Source: Eledone cirrhosa
Lineage: Eukaryota
Reading direction: 5' to 3'
NCBI GenBank assembly: GCA_964016885.1
Contig: OZ024741.1
Span: 216,442,001 to 216,506,000 of the forward strand
DNA length: 64,000 nt
The notes beneath the pieces are model-generated. The model was not told the origin of the DNA, did not search any database, and saw only the letters and a list, made by a program, of their open reading frames with translations. The translations under genes were made by a program, and so were the position numbers. Shown in pieces: positions 50,975 to 64,000 of this stretch (position 1 is the first letter of the stretch; every line of letters starts with the position of its first letter).

Positions 50975-51878
50975 CAAGTTGCTCGCACACTCTTCGGTTT
51001 GTTGTTTCCTGTTTTTTTTTTTGTTTTGTATTTTCGCTTTTTTCGCTGTTTTTCTCTTTTCTCTTTTCCATTTTCCCTTCTGTTATCCTATATTTTCTTT
51101 CCCTCTCTCTTTCGTTTTCCAAAATAACTTACCTAGTTATTGAACGCGTAGAAATATCCGCGATCCCCAGTAGACAACTGATGAAGACCCCCCCCCCCCC
51201 CACCCCCACCCGTTATTGCTTTCTTCTTATTCTTACTTTTAAGCATACCTCATCAAGCAACTATACAGCCAATCCTATTCTCCATATATTTTATCATGTT
51301 TCGCTATGACCAGTCTTCTCTCTCCTTCTACCTACCTATTTTGTTGCTATCTACTCTTCCCCCTCTTTCTTTCTCTCCCTTTCTCCCTCTCATTTTCACT
51401 CACCCTCTCTCTGATAGCAACCTCATTGTTTCCCTCGCCTGACCCTCTAGCAGTTCTTTTCTCACTCACACTCACTGGGATCAGACGTGTCTTTTCGCTC
51501 GTCCGCACGATCTAGAACTTACGCTCAGTAACGTCGTGGACTTGAATTTTCTTTCTTCAAGTTACCCGCACACTCTACGTTTTGTTATTTCCCGTTTTCT
51601 TTTTCGCTTTTTTTTTTGTTGTTGTTTTTATCTTTTCTCTTTTCTGTCTTTTTTTCCTTTCTGTTATCCTATATTTTCTTTCCCTCCCTCCTTCGTTTTC
51701 CCAATAACTTACCTAGTTATTGAACGCACTGGGGGTAGATATCTTGTCTTTAATGCGTAGAAATATCCGAGACCCCTAGCAGACAACTGATGAGGAAAAC
51801 TCGCCTCCCCTTCTTGCTTTCTTCTTATTCTTATTTTTAAGCATACCTTATCTAGCAACTACACAGCCAATCCACTTC

Positions 51879-51885
<7 letters not shown>
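50975..51885 (+). repeat. two direct copies (~310 bp) of a pLTR-like unit
   Basis: 50975-51290 and 51558-51885. The first copy has an internal deletion within the ribozyme-like motif. Confidence 0.8.
51724..51793 (+). ncRNA. candidate permuted (pseudoknotted) hammerhead ribozyme, family B
   Basis: acgc a ctggggg ta gata-UC-ttgtct ttaat gcgt a-GAAA-tatc cga ga cccctag c agacaa-CUGAUGA. Confidence 0.65.
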
Positions 51886-51911
<26 letters not shown>

Positions 51912-51918
<7 letters not shown>

Positions 51919-52180
51919 TAAACGGAATAGAAAATGCTGACAAATTGTTCACAGTTGAAAAATGGTTTAATTAGGAATAAAAGAGTATTAGTGATTGTAT
52001 GGGTTAGTATTCAGTTGTGGTTTAAAGTTTTTAAACCACAACTGAATACTAACCCATACAATCACTAATACTCTTTTATTCCTAATTAAACCATTTTTCA
52101 ACTGTGAACAATTTGTCAGCATTTTCTATTCCGTTTACCAATATATAATAACTTGTGTGTTACACCTCTATTCTTTTAAC
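51912..52180. mobile_element. asymmetric fold-back in (TA)n, perfect ~115-bp arms, no HHR seen
   Basis: 51912-52026 is the reverse complement of 52029-52145, with a right extension to 52180. Confidence 0.8.
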
Positions 52181-52360
52181 TATATATATATATATATATA
52201 CAATATAAAGAAATACACAGATACATGTGGATACATACATATACGTGCATATACGCACATATATCCCTGAATTTGTGTGGTGCCAACCTTAACCATTGTT
52301 GCTCCATGATTAATAGGGACAAACTAATCCGAATGAATTAGATTGACTCGATATCAGAGC

Positions 52361-52678
52361 TATATAATACATTATAAAAAAGAAGAAACATTAGACATAA
52401 ATACAAAAAATATAACTACCCAATATTCCTCTACGTTCTCGACTGCGGAGTTTCGTGGATACTTTGCAAAAACACTACATCATAGAGATGCAGTATTTCT
52501 GTGAGGTTTGCCAACTTATCAAGAGAATACCTCATATAAAGTTTCAAAATACGTCTGCAAGGCGCGAGAGAGAACCCGGAAAGGCGGAGGGGGAACTTAT
52601 CACGTGATACAGCGGTCACGTGATATTGGGTATTTATATTTTTTATTTATGTCTAATGTTTCTTCTTTCTTTATAATG

Positions 52679-52687
<9 letters not shown>
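52361..52687. mobile_element. MITE-like element with ~65-bp imperfect terminal inverted repeats
   Basis: tacattataaa.aagaagaaacattagacataaat..acccaatat and its reverse complement at 52623-52687. Confidence 0.6.
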
Positions 52688-52736
<49 letters not shown>

Positions 52737-52771
52737 AAGAAATTAAAAGATGGTTAAAGAAGTTCCATATA

Positions 52772-52837
52772 TTTTATTATGCGCATTTCGAAAATAACAT
52801 CATCCTGGCACAAAAATTGTGTTCTCATCAGATAAAA
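52772..52837 (-). ncRNA. type I hammerhead (family of 25004)
   Basis: ttttat-CUGAUGA-gaa..ttc-GAAA-tgcgca-UA-ataaaa. Confidence 0.75.
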
Positions 52838-53018
52838 TAAGGTAACATGATATCAGGCCTAAAAACACTTGTCAACAGGAAAGTGCAAAACCTACATATG
52901 ACAGATAATATCATTGTAAGAAAAAGATAGGAAAATACAAAAAAGGAAAAGAAGGAGAAAAGTGAAAAAGAAAGTGAAGGGAGGAAAAAAGAAAAAAAAA
53001 AAAAAGAAAGAAGGAAGA

Positions 53019-53106
<88 letters not shown>

Positions 53107-53869
53107 GAGACTTTTGATCAGGAACGCTGTCAAAATGAAAACAGCTGTGGATAACGCTTAAAAAGTAAATTGATGAGGTGTATGTGCGAATATTATAAAT
53201 GGTATTCAAATATTAGAGGTCTAAAATATATGAAATAGTTTCTATATTTATTTTTTATTATCTCTTATTTCTTCGATTCTGCACTGGGTGATGTGTTAAG
53301 AGAGAGGTTGAGCTGTCAATTGACCACCAGCTAGTTTACTGCAACCTATTAGTATATAACGTCAAGAAAATCCCACAAATCTGGCGGAAACGCTGGCGGA
53401 TAAGGAAATCAGTATAAGGAAGATCCAAATTGAGAGAAGTTCCTGAGCAAACTGAGGACGTTGAAAGGGAGCAGAGATTGTTTAACTTCCGTCATCATCA
53501 ACAGTTTCCTGTCCCAGTTGGTCAATGTATATAAAGTGATGTCTTCCTCTTGAAGTAATGTCACGAGTAAGTTTCCATAGCTATAACTGATACATTACCT
53601 CGCCTTACATATAGACACACACAAACAAACACACATTTACACACACTTACATACACGCACACACAAGCTCACACACAGGGCCTCCAAGAGGAGTTTTGCA
53701 AGGTGCTAAAAGACCCCATTGGGGCCCGAAGCAGGCAAAGATATTTCTCACAATGGTTGCTGTGTGGCTAGTGTGGGGCCTTCTTAGCTCTTGGGCCCCA
53801 GAACAAAGAACCTGCTGGACCCCACCCCCCTCGTAGGGCCTATTCATACGTTGTAATTGCCCGCCAACA

Positions 53870-54637
53870 TGTGTGTGTCTGTGTGTATGCATCTGTGTGT
53901 CTGTGTCTGTGTGTATGTGTTCGTCTATGTGTGTGTGTCTGTGTTTGTGCGTCTGTGTGTGTGTGTGCATCTGTGTGTCTGTGTACGGGTGTGTGTTTGT
54001 CTCTGTGTGTGCATCAGTGTGAGTGCGTCTATATGTGTGTGTGTCTGTGTGTGTGTGAGCCTGTGTGTGTGCGTGTCTGTGTGTGTGTGAGCCTGTGTGT
54101 GTGCGTGTCTGTGTGTGTGTGAGCCTGTGTGTGTGTGTGTCTGTGTGCATCTGCGTGTGTCTGTGTATGTGTGTGTGTGCGTCTGTGTGTGTGAGCTTGT
54201 ATGTGTGTGCGTCTGTGTGTGTGCGTCTGTGTGTGTATGTATGTGTGAGCCTGTGTGTGTGTGTGTCTGTGTGCGTCTGTGTGCGTCTGTGTATGTGTCT
54301 GTGCATGTCTGTGTGCGTGATCCTGAGTGAGTGCTACTGTGTGAGCCTGTGTGTGTGTGTCTGTGTGTGTGAGGCTGTGTGTGTGTCTGTGTACCTGCGT
54401 CTGTGTGTGTCTGTGTGTGTCTCTATCAGCCCCTCTCACTCCCTCACACTGCTATTGTATTATGTATGCAGTAAATGTGTGAAAATACTGAAATGTACCT
54501 GATAACCATCTAACGCTTTTACTTGTATGACCGACATATATATATATACTCATACATACATATATACAAACATACATACATACATATATATATATACATA
54601 CATATATACATACATACATATATATATACATACATAT

Positions 54638-54668
<31 letters not shown>

Positions 54669-54914
54669 CATATATACATATATACATACATACATACATA
54701 TATATATATACATACATATATATACATATATATACACATATATACATATATACAAACATATATACATACATACATACATATATATATATATACATACATA
54801 TATACATACATATATACATACATATATATATATACATGATATATATATATATATATATATACATACATACATATACATATATATATACATATATATATAT
54901 ACATATATATATAT

Positions 54915-54946
<32 letters not shown>

Positions 54947-55385
54947 ATACATACATATATACATACATATATATATATACATACATATATATACATATAT
55001 ATATATATATACATAGAGACATACATATATACTGTACATACATACATACATGCATACATACGTACAAAGAAACATAAATCCATGCATACATAGAGACATA
55101 CATATATACAGACAGACAGACAGACAGACACATAGAAATACACACGTACATACATACATACATGCATACACACATGCATACACACATACATACATACATA
55201 CATACATACATACATACATACACACACATACATACATACATACATACATACATACATACATACATACGTACATACGTACATACATACATACATACATACA
55301 TACATACATACATACATACATACATACATGCATACACACATGCATACACACATACACACATGCATACACACATACACACATACAT

Positions 55386-55422
<37 letters not shown>

Positions 55423-55627
55423 TACATACATACATACATACATACATACATACATACATACATACATACGTACATACGTACATACATACATACATACATA
55501 CATACGTACATACGTACATACATACATACATACGTACATACGTACATACATACATACATACATACATACATACATACATACATACATACATACATACATA
55601 CATACATACATACACACATACATACAT
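53870..55627. repeat. compound (GT)/(GTCT), (TA) and (CATA) microsatellite block
   Basis: Direct reading. Confidence 0.95.
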
Positions 55628-55741
55628 GTAGAAGAATCAGTGAGAATAAATAAATATATCAGCCACACGACTTTCTGACATTTTTACAAACCGCACCACA
55701 CCCATCCACCATGGAGTTCTGATTAATTTACATCCAATTTA

Positions 55742-57938
55742 TATGCTGCAGGCGTGGCTGTGTGGTTAAGGAGATGCTTCTACAACCACCCGGGTTTTGG
55801 GTTCAATCCCTTTGCGTGACATCTTGAGCGAGTTTCTTCACTTCACATGACGCAGGCGTGACTGTGTGGTTAAGGAGATGGCTCTACAACCACCCTAGTT
55901 TGGGGTTCAATCTCTGCGTTAAATCTTGAGCACGTTTCTTCATTTTGCATTCAATTTGAATGACGAAGTGATCGCTGTGTGGTTAAGGAGAGCGCTCCAT
56001 AGCCATCCGGGTTTTGACTCGGGCATGGCTGTGTGGTTAAAGAAATGGCCCCACAACCACCCGGGTTTGGGGTTCAATCCTTCTGCGTGACATCTTGAGC
56101 GAGTTTCTTCATTTTGCTTCCAATTTATATAGACGCAGGCGATAATTTGAGTGAGTTTCTTCCCTTCATATGATGCAGGCGTGGATATGTGGTTAAAGAG
56201 ATCGCTCCACAACCACGCAGGTTTGGGGTTCAATCCCCCTGCGTTACATCTTGAGCGAGTTTCTTCATTTTACATTCAATTTGTATGACGAAGTGGTGGC
56301 TGTATGGTTAAGATGATCGCTCCACAACTATTTGAGTTCGGGGTTCAATTCCCCTGTGTGACATCTTGAGCGAGTTTCTTCACTTTATATAATGCAGGCG
56401 TGGCTGTGTGGTTAAAGAGATCGCTCCACAACCACCAGAGTTTGGGGTTCAACCCCCCTGTGTGACATCTTGAGCGAGTTTCTTCATTTTGCTTCCAATT
56501 TATATAGACTTAGGCACGGCTGTGTGGTTAAAGATATCGCTCTGCAACCACCCGAGTTTGGGGTGCAATCCCCCTGCGTTACATCTTGAGCAAGTTTCTT
56601 AATTTCGCATCCAAACTATATAGACTCAGGCATGGCTGTGTGGTTAAAGATATCACTCTGCAACCACCCGAGTTTGGGGTGCAATCTCCCTGCGTTAAAT
56701 CTTGAGCAAGTTTCTTCATTTTACATACAATTTGTATGACGAAGTGGTGGCTGTGTAGTTAAGGAGATCACTCCACAACTATTTGAGTTCGAGGTTCCAT
56801 TCCCATGTGTGCGAGTTCCTTTATTTTACATTCAATTTATATGACGCAGGTGTGGCTGTGTGGTTAGGGAGATCACTCCATAACTATCTGGGTTTTGGGT
56901 TCAATCCCCTTGCGTGACATCTTGAGCAAGTTTCTTAATTATATAGACTCAGGCGTGGCTGTGTGGTTAAGGAGATCGCTCTGCAATCACTTGGATTTGT
57001 GATTCAACCCCCCTGCATTACAACTTGAGCGAGTTTCTTCATTTTATATGACGCAGGCATGCCTGTGTGGTTAAAGAGATCGCTCCATAAACACCCGGAT
57101 TTGGGGTTCAATCCCCCTGCGTTACATCTTGAGCAAGTTTCTTAATTTCGCATCCAAACTATATAGACTCAGGCATGGCTGTGTGGTTAAAGATATCGCT
57201 CTGCAACCACCCGAGTTTGGGGATCAATCTCCCTGCGTTAAATCTTGAGCAAGTTTCTTCATTTTACATACAATTTGTATGACGAAGTGGTGGCTGTGTG
57301 GTTAAGGAGATCACTCCACAACTATTTGATTTCGGGGTTCAATTCCCCTGTGTGCGAGTTTCTTTATTTTATATTCAATTTATATGACGCAGGCGTGGCT
57401 GTATGATTAAGGAGATCGCTCCATTACCATCCGGGTAATCCCCTTGCGTGACATCTTGAGCGAGTTTCTTCATTTTGCTTCCAATTTATATAGGCGCAGA
57501 CGACATTTTGAGTGAGTTTCTTCACTTTATATGGCGCAGGTGTGGCTGTGAGGTTAAGGAGACCACTCCACAATCACTTGGGTTTGGGGTTCAATCCCTC
57601 TGTGTGACATCTTGAGCGAGTTTCTTCATTTTACATCCAATTTATATGACGCAGTCGTGGCGCTGTTGTTAAGGAGGATATCGCCACAACCATTCGGGTG
57701 TTGGATTCAATCGATCCTGCATTACATCTTGAGCGAGTTTCTTCACTTTGCATCCAAACTATATAGACTCAGGTGTGGCTGTGTGGTTAAGGAGATCGCT
57801 CGGTAACAACTTAATGTATTGAGTTCAATTCTCCTGCGTGACATCTTGAGCGAGTTTATACTATAACCTCCAGTTAACCAATGCTATGTGAATGAAATTT
57901 CTTAGACGGTGACAGGGTGGAAGACCCGTCATCTATAT
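55742..57938 (+). repeat. tandem array (~19 x ~110 bp) of a tRNA-derived SINE head, ending in one SINE body
   Basis: Most units have A box TGGCTGTGTGGTTAA and B box GGTTCAATCCC. The last unit continues into a SINE-like body at 57855-57938. Confidence 0.85.
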
Positions 57939-58283
57939 AAGGGGCTAAGCTGAAACTTCGATGTCGCTGTAATTTTTCTAGTTAGAAGATATATTTATGT
58001 ACACTACCTAACAGTATTGAGTACTCATTCAATTAATGATTGAATATTTTTTTTTAATACTTAACATATTACAATAAATAAATATAGGTGTGTGTACATG
58101 TATATATATATATATATACATATTTCCACCACCCCCTCACACCCTCGGAACTCTTTTCCTTCCCACTTTTCTCCTGCCAAATACGTCGTCCCCTACCCCC
58201 ACTCTCAAGCGTGAACCTAATACCACACTGTTCGTACTGCACTCTTTGTTATTGTTTTCGTTTTTTGTTTTTTGTATTTTACT

Positions 58284-59741
<1,458 letters not shown>

Positions 59742-59783
59742 TCTCTCTCTCTATATATATATATATACATTATACATATATAC

Positions 59784-59830
<47 letters not shown>

Positions 59831-59832
<2 letters not shown>

Positions 59833-60193
59833 CAACTAGAAATTGATTAACATATAAATAAACATGAATAATCACAGGAGATAATTTTTACAAGTGTGTA
59901 AGCACACATAGCTATGGAAGATTACTCATATTATAAGGTATCTATTTTTGAAGTTCTAGTTAACTTTATTTAGTTACCTACCTAGCTTTGTGTGCTTACA
60001 CACTTGTAAAAATTATCTCCTGTGATTATTCATGTTTATTTATATGTTAATCAATTTCTAGTTGTTATAAAATGCTCGGACCTATTCATTAGAATCTTAG
60101 AGCTTATTTTGCGGGTGATATGGCGCATGCCTTTCTGGCATGACACCCATAATTTTGATTTAGATTAAATTCATTTTGATTTATCTTAATTTT

Positions 60194-60195
<2 letters not shown>
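59831..60195. mobile_element. asymmetric fold-back in (TA)n
   Basis: Arms 59831-59914 and 59983-60068, with a right extension. Confidence 0.75.
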
Positions 60196-60237
<42 letters not shown>

Positions 60238-60267
60238 TATATATATATACATAATATATATATATCG

Positions 60268-60299
<32 letters not shown>

Positions 60300-60300
<1 letters not shown>

Positions 60301-61302
60301 AAATAAATAAAATATAGAGTTATTAACTGATATACTCATATTGATACCCTGCAATTAAAAAGCTCAAAGTATAAATACTGAGCATTATATTATTAACATA
60401 TGTAGAAATAAACATATTTACTGTGTTTATTTCTACATATATTAATAATATAATTGTTTCTACTTTAGGCACAAGGCCAGCAATTACCCAGTTCATTACT
60501 GGTACTTTATTTTATCGACCCCGTAAGGATGAAAGGCAAAGTCAACCTCGGCGGGATTTGAACTCAGATCGTAAAGGGACGTAACTATGCTGGAAAGCAT
60601 GGCGTCCGACCTTCTACCGATACTGCCAATCCACCACCCTTTTATTATATTATATTAATTATATTATATTAATATTATATTAATATTATATTAATAATAT
60701 AATTGTTTCTACTTTTGGCACAAGGCCAGCAATTATCCCAGTGTATTACTGGTATTTTATTTTATCGACCTCGTAGGGATGAAAGGCAAAGTTAACCTCG
60801 GCGGGATTTGAACTCAGACCATAAAGGGCCGTAATTCTATATATATTAATAATATAATGCTCAGTATTTATATTTGAGCTTGTTAATTGCAGGGTATCAA
60901 TATGAGTTAATAACTCTATATTTTATTTTATTTCGGCTCCCTATCTGGTGATCTTATAAGATGAGTGTAATTAGGCTATTATTTCTAGCCTAACCACTCA
61001 CACCACGTATAGCTTTCAACCCACGGGGTACATTATTCATTTTCGTGAGTTTCTTGTTAGATGTGTTTTGTTTCATTTAATCTAATCTCTCGCTGATGAA
61101 ATGCCTAAGGATTATCTGTTACAAACACAATTTTCAGGGCGAAACAGATTAAATCTTTAGTCTGTCCGAGAGATGAAATCGTTATTGATACGGTATGTAT
61201 AAGAAATCTTGTATCTTACTGTATGCTTCAGTTTAAATATATAAAACATTTGTAGTAAAATCTACCCTCATAATTTTAGACGCAGAATTTACTGTTTATT
61301 TC

Positions 61303-61305
<3 letters not shown>
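60300..61305. mobile_element. asymmetric fold-back in (TA)n, interrupted by two family-1 SINEs (60452-60640, 60701-60838, minus strand)
   Basis: Arms 60301-60400 and 60841-60933. The right extension carries an HHR. Confidence 0.75.
61085..61174 (+). ncRNA. full-length type I hammerhead
   Basis: atctctcg-CUGAUGA-aat gcc..ggc-GAAA-cagattaaa tc tttagtctg-UC-cgagagat. Confidence 0.85.
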
Positions 61306-61343
<38 letters not shown>

Positions 61344-61344
61344 G

Positions 61345-61399
<55 letters not shown>

Positions 61400-61425
61400 T
61401 ACATATATATATATATATACGATAC

Positions 61426-61456
<31 letters not shown>

Positions 61457-61474
61457 TACATATATATATATACG

Positions 61475-61544
<70 letters not shown>

Positions 61545-62283
61545 ATCTATAAAAAAACACCATAGCTGAGCGGATACATTTATTAATCATTGTATTTTAA
61601 CTCTTCTTCCGGGACTTAAAAGAGAAGGGGGGACTGAGAGGGAGAGAGAGACGGGAGTCTGAGAGGAAGAGAGAGAGGGGGGAGAGAAAGAGAGGGGGAG
61701 TGTACAAAAAGAAATACACAAAACGAAACAAAAAACAGTGCTATTATTCAAAGAAATGAAACGGAACCAGAAGTACTTGTCTCCAAACTTGTCTCTTTTT
61801 CAGTTATGTTGTATTGGTCATTATATGATGTTATCTCTTCAAATGCCGGTTCTACACAACACTTCTCCCTTATTCTTCATTAATTGTGTTACAAAAACAT
61901 GAAATGACATGAAATTTACAGCTGATACCCATTCAGATTTAGCTGGCTTCCTACGACGTCCAATCCCATACAAAGTTTCTAGGGTGTTTTCATTATAAGG
62001 GACCCAGTTCCTTTTATCAGTTTTTTTATTGTTGCAGCTCACACCTACGCAGACTTAGCTGACATTCTAAAATCTCTTAAACATCATCTATATCTTCATC
62101 TACATCTTCGGGAAAAACTTTACATGATGTATATAATTGGTTAATGCATTTATATTCTAAAGGTAAACCCATACAATTTCTCTATCTTTCTGATTTTTGT
62201 TAGTTAAATCATTTATTTAATGTTATGTTATTGTTTCATGTATTATAAACACTTCTTCTGTATATGTATATGTGTATATGTAT

Positions 62284-62477
62284 ATGCTCCTTTGGGAGCC
62301 CCTACATGGACACACTAGAAGAGGAAGACCAAGGTTAACGTATGTTGATGCCCTAAGGACAGACACTGGTCTGTTGGAGACGCAGGACATGGCAGCGATA
62401 ATGAGGGACAGAGACCGCTGGAGAGAACTCGTCCATGGATCTCGGGAATTTTACCCGCCTTAGATAGATAGATAGAT
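62284..62477 (+). mobile_element. RTE-X-like LINE 3' end with (TAGA)n tail
   Basis: LLWEP.HG..RRGRP..TYVD.L..DTG.....A..MRDRD.W. Confidence 0.8.
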
Positions 62478-62486
62478 ATGTATATG

Positions 62487-62544
<58 letters not shown>

Positions 62545-62545
62545 C

Positions 62546-62870
62546 ATTTTGAGAAAAAGCATGTGTCTCTTCAATCAGCCACTTTGAAGAATATATATAT
62601 ATATACATATATATATGCATAGATATATTCTTCAAAATGGCTGATTGAAGAGACACGTGCTTTTTCTCAAAAAATATTTTCCTGTTCCTTCCTCATCTCA
62701 GTCTCTATCTTTCTATTTCATCTTTTATTTCTCATTCTATTTTCTGATGATGGCCTAATGTCAGAAACATAAAGACACTATTCTTCCTATTATATCAAGC
62801 TCTAAACTAATTTATTTCTTCATTGTACTGTGTTATTTGTTTTGTTATTTCCATTTATTTCTTGTACACA
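62546..62870. mobile_element. asymmetric fold-back in (TA)n with degenerate HHR at 62740-62775
   Basis: Arms 62546-62595 and 62624-62675. tttt-CUGAUGA-tggc ctaat gtca-GAAA-ca-UA-aaga. Confidence 0.65.
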
Positions 62871-62911
62871 CACGCGCGCGTGCATGCATGCACACACACA
62901 CGCACACACAC

Positions 62912-63010
<99 letters not shown>

Positions 63011-63163
63011 TAAGATGTATGGTAGGTCGTATGTGAATCGCGATGATCACGTCTGACCTACCAAATATGTGACGGTAGCTAGTTAAGCTCTATGCGTATA
63101 CGCAGAGCAGAAATATTAGTGAAAAAGAACAAAGGAACTATTATGACATTATAACAAGTTTAT

Positions 63164-63210
63164 TGCCGACAGCCGTTTCGTCCGACCCCATGGTGGGACT
63201 TATCAAGGCA
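63164..63210 (-). ncRNA. type I hammerhead, U3-A8 variant
   Basis: tgcc-UUGAUAA-gtcc..ggac-GAAA-cggctg-UC-ggca. Confidence 0.8.
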
Positions 63211-64000
63211 TATAACATGTGATTGCAAGATCATTGTTTACATCAACGTATCACTCATGGCTAGCAGTTTGAAATTGTTGTATACATCAGCAACTCCGCT
63301 TTAAGGGGGGCTCTTTTATATTAGTTGTCGGGGTCAGGGATTGAAGTTTAAAAATTAGACAAAAATATATAATTTACGCATCAACATTAAACTAAAAGAC
63401 TTGGGGTCCCACAGAAGCACCTTAGAAAATCCCTCAATGAGTGCATAAAGCTTACAGGCTCCAATAAACCTATTAGTCTAGAAGAAAATTAAGAGGCTAA
63501 TAAAATAAGAAAATAAAAATATAAAGTTTCCCTAAAAAATATATAAAGTTCCTATGAAATTTCTTCTAGAGAAAAAAAATTTTTTCCAAAATGAAAAAAA
63601 CCTTCTTCCCCCGAGATCACGTTTACAAAATTCAGAAAACTGAATTGAAAACTAGGTTGAAAGAAACTAATCAATTAGAGGTTAATTCAGAGAGCCTTCC
63701 ATAAATCTCTCAGAAAAGGCCCCTTTAATATTTCCAATAGGAACTTCTTCCGAGAGACCCTTCGAAGAATTAAAATTTTAGAGAGCCTTTAAGGATAAAT
63801 ATAAAAACGAATTGAGGAAAATTATACATTAAAAGTTAAAAATTAAAAATTACGGTATTTGGGAAATCCGAGGAATTTTCAAAGGGCTGCTTCAACAGAT
63901 ACAATTTAGGCATAATAGATACAATAATCTAAGCAATTTAAGTAATTTAATTAGGGAGCAATTCAAGGAGTTTATCAAGTAAGGCAAGATTAAAGAAAGT

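Noticed and set aside
54452-55678. Long MYVC/IHTY ORFs (also at 2-3 kb, 25 kb and 31 kb)
   Set aside because: Microsatellite translations.
55742-57860. CRISPR array or tRNA gene cluster
   Set aside because: The units are wholly repeated with no unique spacers, there are no cas genes, the context is eukaryotic, and no proper cloverleaf or anticodon arm is present.
61780-62130. Possible host exon or transposase fragment on the minus strand
   Set aside because: Short frames with stops and no recognisable motif.

Overview
AT-rich, microsatellite-saturated animal genomic DNA. The SINE and LINE repertoire resembles that of octopus-like cephalopods (inference). No intact host gene is recognisable and the window is almost entirely nested transposon debris. 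It holds: a near-complete Naiad-like Penelope retroelement (RT + GIY-YIG) with an inverted 3' copy; other Penelope fragments; R4/Dong-like RLE LINEs; two CR1-group LINEs; RTE pieces and a modular non-autonomous RTE derivative; tRNA-derived SINEs; two SINE-derived satellites; mariner, Tigger and Helitron remnants; and a ~1 kb inverted duplication. Two patterns stand out. First, more than a dozen asymmetric fold-back insertions sit in (TA)n tracts, most carrying type I hammerhead ribozyme (HHR) motifs, including U3-A8 and U4A core variants. Second, three unrelated repeat families (16835-16905 +, 26900-26969 -, 51724-51793 +) carry all hammerhead core elements with covarying stems, but in a strand order that is not a circular permutation of types I/II/III. 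That order is pseudoknotted, with a kink-turn-like loop in the stem III extension. This is a candidate new hammerhead topology. All folds were done by eye and none has been tested.
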